Of a stretch of 64,000 bases of DNA, positions 24,931 to 33,284 are shown in pieces. The DNA is taken from assembly GCA_964447355.1 (NCBI GenBank), contig CAYUSG010000001.1, positions 9,217 to 73,216 on the forward strand, written 5' to 3'. How positions within the stretch are numbered: the stretch's first letter is position 1; the number at the start of each line of letters is the position of its first letter. Source of the stretch: an uncultured Paenibacillaceae bacterium. GTDB taxonomy: Bacteria > Bacillota > Bacilli > Paenibacillales > CAYUSG01. The notes under the pieces were generated by a model. The model did no database searches. It saw only the letters and a list, made by a program, of their open reading frames with translations, and was not told the origin of the DNA. Both the position numbers and the translations under genes were made by a program.

Positions 24931-26175
24931 AACGTCTTTGCTAGTTTCATTCAACATTTGTTTCAGATCGTGCCCGGATGGGTTCTGGAATAATCGCAAT
25001 CCAAATTCAGGTGCCACTGCAAACAAATGATCAAAAATATCCGATTGGATCGATTCGTACATTGCCCATCTAATATCATTGGTAAAAGCATAGATTTCTA
25101 ATGGCAGACCATGCTCACTTGGTGCCAGTTGTCTAACCATTAAAGTCATGTCCTGATTAATCCCGGGGTGATTCTGGAGGTAATTGCTAATATATGCCCT
25201 GAACACACCAATATTCGTAAGAGCTCTTCCATTCACGGGATTGTCCTTATCGATATTATTAATTGAATTGTACCCTGCAATCTCTTGTTGTTTATGCATC
25301 ATATGGTCGGAAAGATAGTGTATCTTCTTAAACCGCTCAATCATGTCTTCAGTGCAGAATGTAATGCTGCTCGTATCGATAAACAAAGCACGTTTGACTC
25401 GTCGTCCACCCGAACTTTGCATCCCTCTCCAGTTTTTAAACGAATCAGATATAAGCGCATAACTCGGTATGGTCGTGATCGTCTTGTCCCAGTTCTGCAC
25501 CTTGACTGTATTAAGAGAAATGTCAATGATATCTCCATCCGCACCGTACTTCGGCATTTCAATCCAATCCCCGACCTGAACCATATTATTAGCCGTTAAT
25601 TGAACGCCGGCAACAAGACCTAGTAACGAATCTTTAAACACTAACATCAGAACGGCCGAGAGCGCACCAATACCGCTTAGAAGGATAAAAGGACTTTCCC
25701 CCATCAGATTCGCAATAATGATGATGCCTCCAAGTGTAATGACGATGATGTTAACCACTTGAACGTATCCCTTTATTGGCTTACTTCGTGATATTTCATA
25801 AGTCTGATAAATATCATTTATAGCATTTAACAAGCTTGAGAGCACCATTAAACCTACAATAATAATATAGGTAATAGCCCCCTTCTCAATGATTGATTGG
25901 TAGGTTGGAAAGGTAGAAGCGAAATAATAAATAATGATTGCAGGTACAATGTGAGACAGCTTGTGAAATACTTTACGCTCCAACAGCATGTTGTCCCACT
26001 TGAATTTGTTATTGGCAACGTAGTGAGTGATAATGCGGATTACGATTTTTTGGGTTAGAACATTCACTACTACGCAGAGGAGTCCTATAAAAAGAATCAT
26101 AACGATAGTAGCCGGGTATTCAACAAAGTCAGGATCTAAACCATATTCCAATAGTAACTCAGTAATGAATGCCAT
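24916..26175 (-). CDS. MscS-family mechanosensitive channel (YbdG/MscM-like)
   Basis: LLGLVAGVQLTANNMVQVGDWIEMPKYGADGDIIDISLNTVKVQNWDKTITTIPSYALISDSFKNWRGM is the MscS TM3/beta-domain signature. Start moved to ATG 26175 (AGGAGG 7 nt upstream); the track start was 26235. Confidence 0.88.
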   Translation of the reverse strand: MAFITELLLEYGLDPDFVEYPATIVMILFIGLLCVVVNVLTQKIVIRIITHYVANNKFKWDNMLLERKVFHKLSHIVPAIIIYYFASTFPTYQSIIEKGAITYIIIVGLMVLSSLLNAINDIYQTYEISRSKPIKGYVQVVNIIVITLGGIIIIANLMGESPFILLSGIGALSAVLMLVFKDSLLGLVAGVQLTANNMVQVGDWIEMPKYGADGDIIDISLNTVKVQNWDKTITTIPSYALISDSFKNWRGMQSSGGRRVKRALFIDTSSITFCTEDMIERFKKIHYLSDHMMHKQQEIAGYNSINNIDKDNPVNGRALTNIGVFRAYISNYLQNHPGINQDMTLMVRQLAPSEHGLPLEIYAFTNDIRWAMYESIQSDIFDHLFAVAPEFGLRLFQNPSGHDLKQMLNETSKDVRGAN

Positions 26176-26365
26176 CTGTTTACCTCCTATTGATTGGATT
26201 ACATCGTACCTTGGAAGTGGATGCTTCAATCTCATTATTCTAACATAATCAAGTTAATTAGCAACAATCGTATGGGGGAAGGTGATCCTCGTGAGAGCGA
26301 TGATGGTCCCGAACCTATTATATTAGATGGGTATTGGACCTTTATAGCTTATCCAAAGTAATCGC

Positions 26366-26424
26366 ACAAAAATAACGGTGAAGCTAGGCAGCGCATCCTT
26401 GAAATGCTGCTTTGCTTCACCGTT
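26366..26424 (-). terminator. Intrinsic terminator of the stalk-domain gene
   Basis: aacggtgaagc (26374-26384) pairs with gcttcaccgtt (26414-26424), with further inner pairing. The minus RNA is followed by AUUUUUGUG. Confidence 0.7.
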
Positions 26425-26445
26425 TATGCGCACTGGAACTGTCCC

Positions 26446-27699
26446 CTATTCTTGTGGGACGTAATAATTTGTAGCACCCAACTGAATATCGTCTAATGAT
26501 CCTTCGGGATTAGAATTGTGGATAAAGAACAACGCGTGGGTGACCGTACCATCGTTGGATGTCAATGTAATCGTATTATCCTGAATGTCGTATGTGCCCG
26601 TATCCGCATCATCACTTATACCAACGTTCGTCTTAGGATCTATGCCCGTAGTACCCACGGTCACACCCGACATTTCGAATGTCCCGTCTGATCGCAGTGA
26701 TAAAGTATATGTCCACGAATGGGACGCTCCACTAATTCCTGCTAAGCCGGAATACCCGATATAGATATACTCATGATCAAAGGTCGTCTCTTCAGAGACT
26801 GGCTGGACGACATCAAGCTGAACACCATTAATGATAAGGAAGCCTTTTTCCGATTTTGAAATATTCAGAGATTCCCCGTTGCTTAGCTTAAGCTTACCGT
26901 CTTTAATAGAGTATGTTAGGCACGTTTCCTTCGAACAATCAATCGTTTCAGGGCCGCCACTAGCTGGCAATCCGATGAATATCTCTTTATCCGGCAAGAA
27001 TGTATAGAAATCCCAACAGATCCCGCCGCATTCATAACCGCCAAAGTCAGAACGAAATCCATAATACATACCTTCTAAACTGTCCAAGTTAACGGGTTTA
27101 ATAGGTTGGGCAGGCATCTCAGAAGTATCAGGTTCGGAATCTTGATTGACTTCTTCTGCAGCCCTTTCCTTAAGATAGTCTTCAATGGCTTGTTCCAACT
27201 GCTCTTTGCTGATGTTATTAGCTCCCATATACTTCAATGTCACAACTGATATCTCCCGGTTATAAGGATCCCAGAATACAGAGGCACCAGATGCTTCACC
27301 GACAAAACGGAGCGGGATCAATGCTCGCCCATTAACGATTTCTGCTGCTTCAATAAGCGGGAAAGTGGTGTTATTGACAACAGCTTCATGGGCTCCAATT
27401 ACTAAAGTAAGAGTCTGGTCAGTGTTAGTTCCAGTAATTGATCTTTGTGACGAATCCCAAGTCACTTCCATATCGAGAGCTTCGAATAAAGAACGAAACG
27501 GGACCAAAGTTGTACCATTCTTGACCTTAGGCGGAACATCGAGTTCCAATTCCTCTGTGTCTACAAAAATTCTTATTGCAGAATCAGACGAGCTTGAGGC
27601 TGCTTCTGCCTGATAGGGGCATATTCCCATCCATATTAGGGCAAGCAAACACACGACGAACTGAAAACCACGCCGAAATGCAAAACTTAATGCGACCAT
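26446..27699 (-). CDS. Secreted protein with copper amine oxidase N-terminal (stalk) domain
   Basis: Signal peptide (FVVCLLALIWMGICPYQAEA). IRIFVDTEELELDVPPKVKNGTTLVPFRSLFEALDMEVTWDSSQRSITG...GRALIPLRFVGEASGASVFWDPYNREISV is the stalk-domain repeat common in Bacillales. Start at ATG 27699 (GGAG 8 nt upstream). Confidence 0.8.
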   Translation of the reverse strand: MVALSFAFRRGFQFVVCLLALIWMGICPYQAEAASSSSDSAIRIFVDTEELELDVPPKVKNGTTLVPFRSLFEALDMEVTWDSSQRSITGTNTDQTLTLVIGAHEAVVNNTTFPLIEAAEIVNGRALIPLRFVGEASGASVFWDPYNREISVVTLKYMGANNISKEQLEQAIEDYLKERAAEEVNQDSEPDTSEMPAQPIKPVNLDSLEGMYYGFRSDFGGYECGGICWDFYTFLPDKEIFIGLPASGGPETIDCSKETCLTYSIKDGKLKLSNGESLNISKSEKGFLIINGVQLDVVQPVSEETTFDHEYIYIGYSGLAGISGASHSWTYTLSLRSDGTFEMSGVTVGTTGIDPKTNVGISDDADTGTYDIQDNTITLTSNDGTVTHALFFIHNSNPEGSLDDIQLGATNYYVPQE

Positions 27700-27835
27700 A
27701 TTATGAACTCCTCTCATACAAAGTTTGCACCCTATCCATTATATAGGTCGCTTTTCTTTTTTTCCTAAGGTCTAAGCAGCATTTCGAGTAGGTAATTCCG
27801 ACTAACAATAGACGTTGTTGGAATACAATATCAGC

Positions 27836-28423
27836 CTATACCCTCAGCGATCCACGGAACCCCCTGGCACCATAATAGGAATCTGCTCCATTGTGGTACA
27901 TAAAGACAGTGTCATATCGGCGGTCACAGAAGATAGCACCACCTCGATTCCTAATAGCTTCAGGTGTTTTTACCCAGCTTGATGTTTTTAAATCGAATGC
28001 TCCAAATGTCTGCATTTCTCGGTATTGTTCCTCCGTTAACAGCTCAATGCCCATATCAGCAGCCATGCCAACTGCACTATGGTCGGGTTTATGTTTTTTC
28101 CTTGCTTCCAAAGCTTCTTGGTCATAACAAACACTTCTGCGTCCTTTAGGACTTTCAGCAGAACAATCATAAAAAATGTATTCGCCCGAATTCTCGTCAT
28201 ACCCCACAACATCAGGTTCGCCGCCGGTACGTTCCATTTCCCCCAGCGACCACAGTTTTTCTGGATTGGCTTCGAGCTTAGCTTGTACTTTAGACCATTC
28301 AAGATCCTCATGGCGATTCAAGTTTTTCTCGAATCGGGCTTTCAAAATGTTAAATAGTTCTTCTCGCTGCTCTGGCAACAATGTCTTATTCATTTCCTCA
28401 GACACGCTAATGTCCTCCTTCAT
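27836..28423 (-). CDS. DUF4256-family protein
   Basis: LPEQREELFNILKARFEKNLNRHEDLEWSKVQAKLEANPEKLWSLGEMERTGGEPDVVGYD...YDCSAESPKGRRSVCYD matches my recollection of DUF4256. The real start may be GTG 28405, with AAGGAGG 8 nt upstream. Confidence 0.65.
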   Translation of the reverse strand: MKEDISVSEEMNKTLLPEQREELFNILKARFEKNLNRHEDLEWSKVQAKLEANPEKLWSLGEMERTGGEPDVVGYDENSGEYIFYDCSAESPKGRRSVCYDQEALEARKKHKPDHSAVGMAADMGIELLTEEQYREMQTFGAFDLKTSSWVKTPEAIRNRGGAIFCDRRYDTVFMYHNGADSYYGARGFRGSLRV

Positions 28424-28560
28424 TACATGTATTTCCCTAATTTTAACATGTAAACAAGCCCATTAATACCGTACTTTACGCAAAAACCTACGGGAGATTT
28501 AAACTAAAGCCTATGAAACATAAGCGCATCAGATGATACCTATTTAGGTTTATGCGCATA

Positions 28561-28603
28561 GAAAAACAACAAGCTGGCTGCCTGGTTCACCTGCTTGTTG
28601 TTT
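28561..28603 (-). terminator. Intrinsic terminator of the aldolase-like gene
   Basis: aaacaacaagc (28564-28574) pairs with gcttgttgttt (28593-28603). The minus RNA is followed by a U-run (plus-strand gaaaaa at 28561-28566). Confidence 0.7.
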
Positions 28604-28637
28604 AGCATTCATTATTGTATTCGGATTAAAACCCTTA

Positions 28638-29600
28638 TTATTTCTTCACTTGTGGTGACATTTCAGGTAGCGTCAATTGATCGTAAAAATCAACGTAGTT
28701 ATCCTTTTCATCACTGCCGCGAAGTGCCATTGCTGTACGCGGATGTTCATCCAGTGTGCCCGTGATCATGTATGGAATGATGTAACCCCACTCCCACTTC
28801 TCACGCATCTGAACCATAAAGCGCTCAATGACATCTAGAACTGGGCGCAATCTATATCGCGGATGTTTCAAGTTGGCGACAAGCAGTTCTGTGTTACAAT
28901 TACCCGCTGCTCTTCCCATGCCATAAACGGAAGCATCAAGGAAAGAGACGCCTTTATTAGCTGCAAGTAATGTATTGGCGAAAGCGAGCTGCATATTGTT
29001 ATGTGCGTGAATGCCAAGCTTTTTGTTCGGCAGCATTCGCTTGAATTTCTCAACAAAATACTCAATATCTGAATTGGTAAGGCTGCCAAATGAATCCACG
29101 ATGTAAACTACATCAACAGGGCATTCCTTAATTTTCTCCAACGCTTCGGTCAGCTCATTCTCCATCACATTAGATAAAGCCATAATATTAATGGTCGTCT
29201 CATAACCGCGATTGTGGAAAATATTAACCAGTTCAATTGCTTTATCTACATCACGAGCGTAACAAGCTACACGGATGAGATCCAGCATACTTTCACTTCG
29301 AGGCAGGATATCCTCTTCATCGACGCGCCCGATATCAACTAAGGCTGACAGCTTCGTATTCAGCTTTTCCTTAATCACTTTTCTTAAGAAGTCATCATTT
29401 AAGAATCTCCAAGGCCCGGATTGATCGGCCCCTTTCAATAATTTGGGCGAGTTCTTGTAGCCAATCTCCATATACTCCACGCCCGCTTCGTTCAAGCCCT
29501 TATATAAATTCCAAACAAACTCTTCACTGAAATCCCAATTGTTAACCAATCCGCCATCACGGATCGTACAGTCTAAAATTTGCGGCAAATTCTCGTTCAT
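28638..29600 (-). CDS. HMGL-like (DRE-TIM metallolyase / pyruvate carboxyltransferase fold) aldolase-family protein
   Basis: ILDCTIRDGG near the N-terminus and GIHAHNNMQLAFANTL (H-x-H metal site) are family hallmarks. The specific substrate cannot be called. Confidence 0.7.
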   Translation of the reverse strand: MNENLPQILDCTIRDGGLVNNWDFSEEFVWNLYKGLNEAGVEYMEIGYKNSPKLLKGADQSGPWRFLNDDFLRKVIKEKLNTKLSALVDIGRVDEEDILPRSESMLDLIRVACYARDVDKAIELVNIFHNRGYETTINIMALSNVMENELTEALEKIKECPVDVVYIVDSFGSLTNSDIEYFVEKFKRMLPNKKLGIHAHNNMQLAFANTLLAANKGVSFLDASVYGMGRAAGNCNTELLVANLKHPRYRLRPVLDVIERFMVQMREKWEWGYIIPYMITGTLDEHPRTAMALRGSDEKDNYVDFYDQLTLPEMSPQVKK

Positions 29601-29684
29601 TGCATACAGCCTCCTAGGTGCGTTTCATTTTCACTTTTTCGCTTTTATGCTTTTATGCTTTTTTGTGGTAAAGCATTTTGATTT

Positions 29685-29713
29685 ATACTAACATATATTT
29701 TTTCTATTGTCAA
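29685..29713 (-). promoter_or_regulatory. Putative sigma-A promoter of the aldolase-like gene
   Basis: Minus strand: TTGACA (29708-29713), 17-nt spacer, TAGTAT (29685-29690). This leaves a 5' leader of about 75 nt. Confidence 0.45.
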
Positions 29714-29733
29714 AAGGAAGCATCGTGCTGCCT

Positions 29734-31101
29734 TTATTGAATCCGCTTTGGATGGTATGCGTTTTGCAACATAAAGTCCCAAGATTGTGCTTGTAAGTTA
29801 TTTACTGAATTAACTTGAACATTACCACCATCAGATAAATCCTGGATATGCATCGTTTGTTCCAAAAATTCACCATATCGGTAGTGCAGCTTATAGGTCC
29901 CGTCTCCATTTGGTACAATGGTCCACTTTTGAGCAGCTGAGTCATTCTCGAAAGTAACCTGTATATCCCTTGTACCTATAAATTCTTCATGCCCATTTGC
30001 TACGTCAAGATACAATAATGTATCCGGATTAAGAAGCTTGTAGGTTCCATCTTCGTTTCTAATGACACTCCACTTTTGCAAGCTGGACCCATTGTTTGCT
30101 TCTACGTCAACGTCAGCCCAGTCATACCAATTAAATTCATTCACACCTAATGCAAGATCGGAATACGGATTAATCAGCTGATAAGTAGCATGTGAGATCA
30201 GTGTTTCGTCTTCTTCTAGGGTTTCTATGAGGTCCAGCCTCCATTGCTGAGGTGCAGTATCATTCTCCCCCCATATCCACACATTTTGACTTCCGAAATT
30301 TCCACCATGATCATGATCTAACACTTTACCACTATTAGGGTTGTATATATTGTATACCCCGCCCCCTATGTCAACAAATTGCCATTTTTGGGCTGCGCCA
30401 TAATTGTCACCATAGGTTTGTACTGTGGCCCCCCAGCTTGTGCTTGCAGCAAATACATCTAAAGCTTCTCCGATGCCCATATTTATTAATTTATAAGTTA
30501 GCTCTCCATCTACGTCTTCAACATTAATGATTTTCCATTTCTGTGAATCGGCACCACTAAGAGGTGAAACAATGACATTATTATATTGAACTTGAGTGCC
30601 GTCATCCATTTCCATTGTATCTTCGACAAAGTCTAATGCCTGATTGCTATTAACATTGATGATGTGATAGATGCCGCCATTCACAATAGATCCATCGGGA
30701 AACTTATAGCGAATCGATTTCTTAATACTGTGTTGACCGTTTGTGACAGTCGCAGTCACCTGATAGCCAAAATAACTCCCCGTTACATTGGTGCTGTACT
30801 CGGCATACTCCAATTGAACCGTAGAACCGTTAGCATCAACAAATTGGATGGTAGAGCCATAAGCATTGACCCAACTTGTAAATGCACTATATGCGTTGTC
30901 CATATGAGCCATCAAATAATCGTTAAGCGCATCCATAGCCCCTTGCGCAATGTACTCAGCCTTATGATTGGCACTGCTATTGCGGTCAAACATGATTTGG
31001 TTCGACAGCATGAACAGGACGGTCATTGCAACTATGGGAAGCAAGATAGCCAGTATCATCGTGTACATGATACTTCCACGTTCATTATTTAATAGAGACA
31101 C
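29734..31101 (-). CDS. Membrane-anchored protein with two ricin-B (beta-trefoil) lectin domains
   Basis: Six Q-x-W motifs (SQKWKI, AQKWQF, PQQWRL, LQKWSV, AQKWTI, AQSWDF). N-terminal TM helix MYTMILAILLPIVAMTVLFML. Start placed at GTG 31101 (AGGAGG 9 nt upstream) rather than track 31239. Confidence 0.8.
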   Translation of the reverse strand: MSLLNNERGSIMYTMILAILLPIVAMTVLFMLSNQIMFDRNSSANHKAEYIAQGAMDALNDYLMAHMDNAYSAFTSWVNAYGSTIQFVDANGSTVQLEYAEYSTNVTGSYFGYQVTATVTNGQHSIKKSIRYKFPDGSIVNGGIYHIINVNSNQALDFVEDTMEMDDGTQVQYNNVIVSPLSGADSQKWKIINVEDVDGELTYKLINMGIGEALDVFAASTSWGATVQTYGDNYGAAQKWQFVDIGGGVYNIYNPNSGKVLDHDHGGNFGSQNVWIWGENDTAPQQWRLDLIETLEEDETLISHATYQLINPYSDLALGVNEFNWYDWADVDVEANNGSSLQKWSVIRNEDGTYKLLNPDTLLYLDVANGHEEFIGTRDIQVTFENDSAAQKWTIVPNGDGTYKLHYRYGEFLEQTMHIQDLSDGGNVQVNSVNNLQAQSWDFMLQNAYHPKRIQ

Positions 31102-31344
31102 GCAAAACAACCTCCTTGTCCTAGTATTTTTCAATCCATAAAAGTCCATCCCAGACTTTAAATTAAACTGAAAAATAAGGGCATTAAGAAAGGGAATATG
31201 CTCCAATGTCCTATGAATCTGTGAATCACTATAATACAAATTTCGACATCAGCATCTATTTTCCCTTCCACATTATACAAGGTCGGCTTTTCCTCTTAAT
31301 TAGAATGGCCTAGTCAGCAAACCGCTTCACTTATAACGATGGAA

Positions 31345-31947
31345 CTATTTTCGGGCATCTAAGATGAATAGAGAAGCATCCTGTCCCATGAATATGTTAC
31401 TCCCTGAATAAAACGTTTTAGATTGAATGTCTCTATAGCCCAAGTTAGCCATGAGTTCTTTAAGCTCTCCTTGATCAAATCCGTTATGCACCATTTCTGA
31501 TTCAATATGTTCGTTCTTGTTAAAATCCACGATGATTAAATGCCCTCCAGGATTTAGAACATCGTATAGCCTCGATAAAATCAACTCAACATCCTGAATA
31601 TGGAGTAGAACTTGAACCATAAATACATAGTCTGCATGGAGATCAGAGCGATCTTCCTGTTCGAAATCAAAGCATAAGGTATCGGCATGCTGAATCTGCA
31701 GCTCTGCTATTTTCTGTTTGATTTGACGAATCATATTCTGCGATGTATCCAGAAACAGCATCGACCGGAAATCATTCAGCAAATTCATACCGACAAGACC
31801 CGTTCCACATCCGAAATCAATCGCATCCTTATGTTCAGCGTCCACTACATAGTCGCGTATGGCTTCAGATGATACCTTGGCTATATGCACCCGTTCAGAC
31901 GTATCATAACTGCTTGCTATCATTTCAAACTTATCGGTATTTCCCAT
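31345..31947 (-). CDS. Class I SAM-dependent methyltransferase (small-molecule type)
   Basis: Motif I AIDFGCGTGLVGMNLL and post-I LFLDTSQNM. Start at ATG 31947 (GGAGG 6 nt upstream). Confidence 0.8.
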   Translation of the reverse strand: MGNTDKFEMIASSYDTSERVHIAKVSSEAIRDYVVDAEHKDAIDFGCGTGLVGMNLLNDFRSMLFLDTSQNMIRQIKQKIAELQIQHADTLCFDFEQEDRSDLHADYVFMVQVLLHIQDVELILSRLYDVLNPGGHLIIVDFNKNEHIESEMVHNGFDQGELKELMANLGYRDIQSKTFYSGSNIFMGQDASLFILDARK

Positions 31948-31997
31948 TATGATCCTCCAATTAAATTTAATCACCAAGCCTTTTTCTAGCTCGTTTC

Positions 31998-33284
31998 CTA
32001 TACGCCGTTCAGTAAATCACTAATGAGTAGTGTCAATATTCCTTCCTGATACCCTGCTCTCATCGTTTTCTTCACTGCTAAAGCAACATCTCCTAACTCT
32101 GAATCAAGAAGATGATTTAACTTTGTCTCTCTACCCCCAATATCCACTGACGGATTCGATGCTTTGTAATCAGCTGCTGTCATACGCCAAAACCGAGCTT
32201 GTTCACCATATCTTTCTTTAAAACGCACAGCCATGGACAAGCCTTCTGGATCGAAATCACCGCTATAGTACAGCATATGCCCAGCGGAAGCAAGCTTGTC
32301 CATCAACTGTAACCCTGCAAGTTTAAATTGCCCATGGGTGCAAACTAAAGGGGCGCGAGGCACCGCATCCAGCAAGGCTGAGAATACCCCTGAATTTTCA
32401 ACAATATAAACGTTGGAACCTAAATTAGCCTGCGCAGCATGGGCCGCAGCCAGCCTGTCAACCTTTAACAACTCCCGCATAGGCACATTCATCACACACT
32501 GTTCATCTGCTGCCGCTCTCCACACTGGATGCTCGCAGCCCTCCGAGTAAGCCAGTATATTAGCTTGGGTAACAAAGTTTTGAATGTCATCCCTTAGTAA
32601 GTTATACTGCAGCAACAGTTCATTCAGATCCTCCGTCTGTGCGGGCAACGCACCTTGTCCCCCAGCCATCACATGCAGCAAGTGAATCCAAAGCTTGCCT
32701 CTCACTGCCACGAAATCAAGTGCATGTGGATTACCTGTGACACGTTGGCTAAACAAAGGGTAACGTTCAATGGAGTCAGGCAGTGCAGCGTAAGCTTGCG
32801 CTATAACATGAATCTCTTTTGCAAAATCGGGTTCGAGAAGCATCCGCCAGATCCATTGTGTGTCACTTGTTTTGCCTTCCAAATAGGTAAACCAGTCAGC
32901 AATATGAGGATACCTTTGTTTAAAACGCTTCAGCTGTTCCATCTGTGCAGCTATTAACTGCGCTTTAGCCGCTTTCTTGGATTGCAGCTTCTGACCAAAG
33001 TAAGCTTCAAGCAGTTCAAGTAGTGAGATGCCTGCAAACCGCGTCTGTTGCAGACGTTGTTCGAAATCTGACAGCATGAGCTTCCCTTTTCGCACTAAAT
33101 GATGAGGGGAAGCACCCATAAATAAAGCAAGCTCCTCGATTTCCTCGTCAGAGCAACATGCTAAATCTACTGCCCCCCCAACTCTTCCCAGCGATTCGTA
33201 CTTTTGACGAAAAAGCAGAAAAAGGGCAGCATATCCCTTCTTCTGCTTAAAATAGGTCAGCGCTTCATCCAGCGGCCTGTTCAT
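31998..33284 (-). CDS. jetD: Wadjet JetD (TIGR02679-like; C-terminal Toprim-type nuclease domain)
   Basis: VYIVENSGVFSAL (Toprim Glu) and YYSGDFDPEGLSMA (DxD). Last gene of the four-gene cassette. Start at ATG 33284 overlaps the jetC stop by 20 nt. Confidence 0.8.
   Translation of the reverse strand: MNRPLDEALTYFKQKKGYAALFLLFRQKYESLGRVGGAVDLACCSDEEIEELALFMGASPHHLVRKGKLMLSDFEQRLQQTRFAGISLLELLEAYFGQKLQSKKAAKAQLIAAQMEQLKRFKQRYPHIADWFTYLEGKTSDTQWIWRMLLEPDFAKEIHVIAQAYAALPDSIERYPLFSQRVTGNPHALDFVAVRGKLWIHLLHVMAGGQGALPAQTEDLNELLLQYNLLRDDIQNFVTQANILAYSEGCEHPVWRAAADEQCVMNVPMRELLKVDRLAAAHAAQANLGSNVYIVENSGVFSALLDAVPRAPLVCTHGQFKLAGLQLMDKLASAGHMLYYSGDFDPEGLSMAVRFKERYGEQARFWRMTAADYKASNPSVDIGGRETKLNHLLDSELGDVALAVKKTMRAGYQEGILTLLISDLLNGV

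Noticed and set aside
29601-29733. A possible riboswitch in the aldolase-gene leader
   Set aside because: I could recognise no conserved riboswitch core, and there is no terminator/antiterminator alternative. Only the A-tract periodicity is reported, as a low-interest finding.
31345-31947. The methyltransferase downstream of jetD as a DNA-modification partner of Wadjet
   Set aside because: Its motifs and its size of about 200 aa fit small-molecule class I SAM methyltransferases. No DNA-MTase target-recognition or DPPY/NPPY-type motif was seen. Wadjet is not known to need modification.
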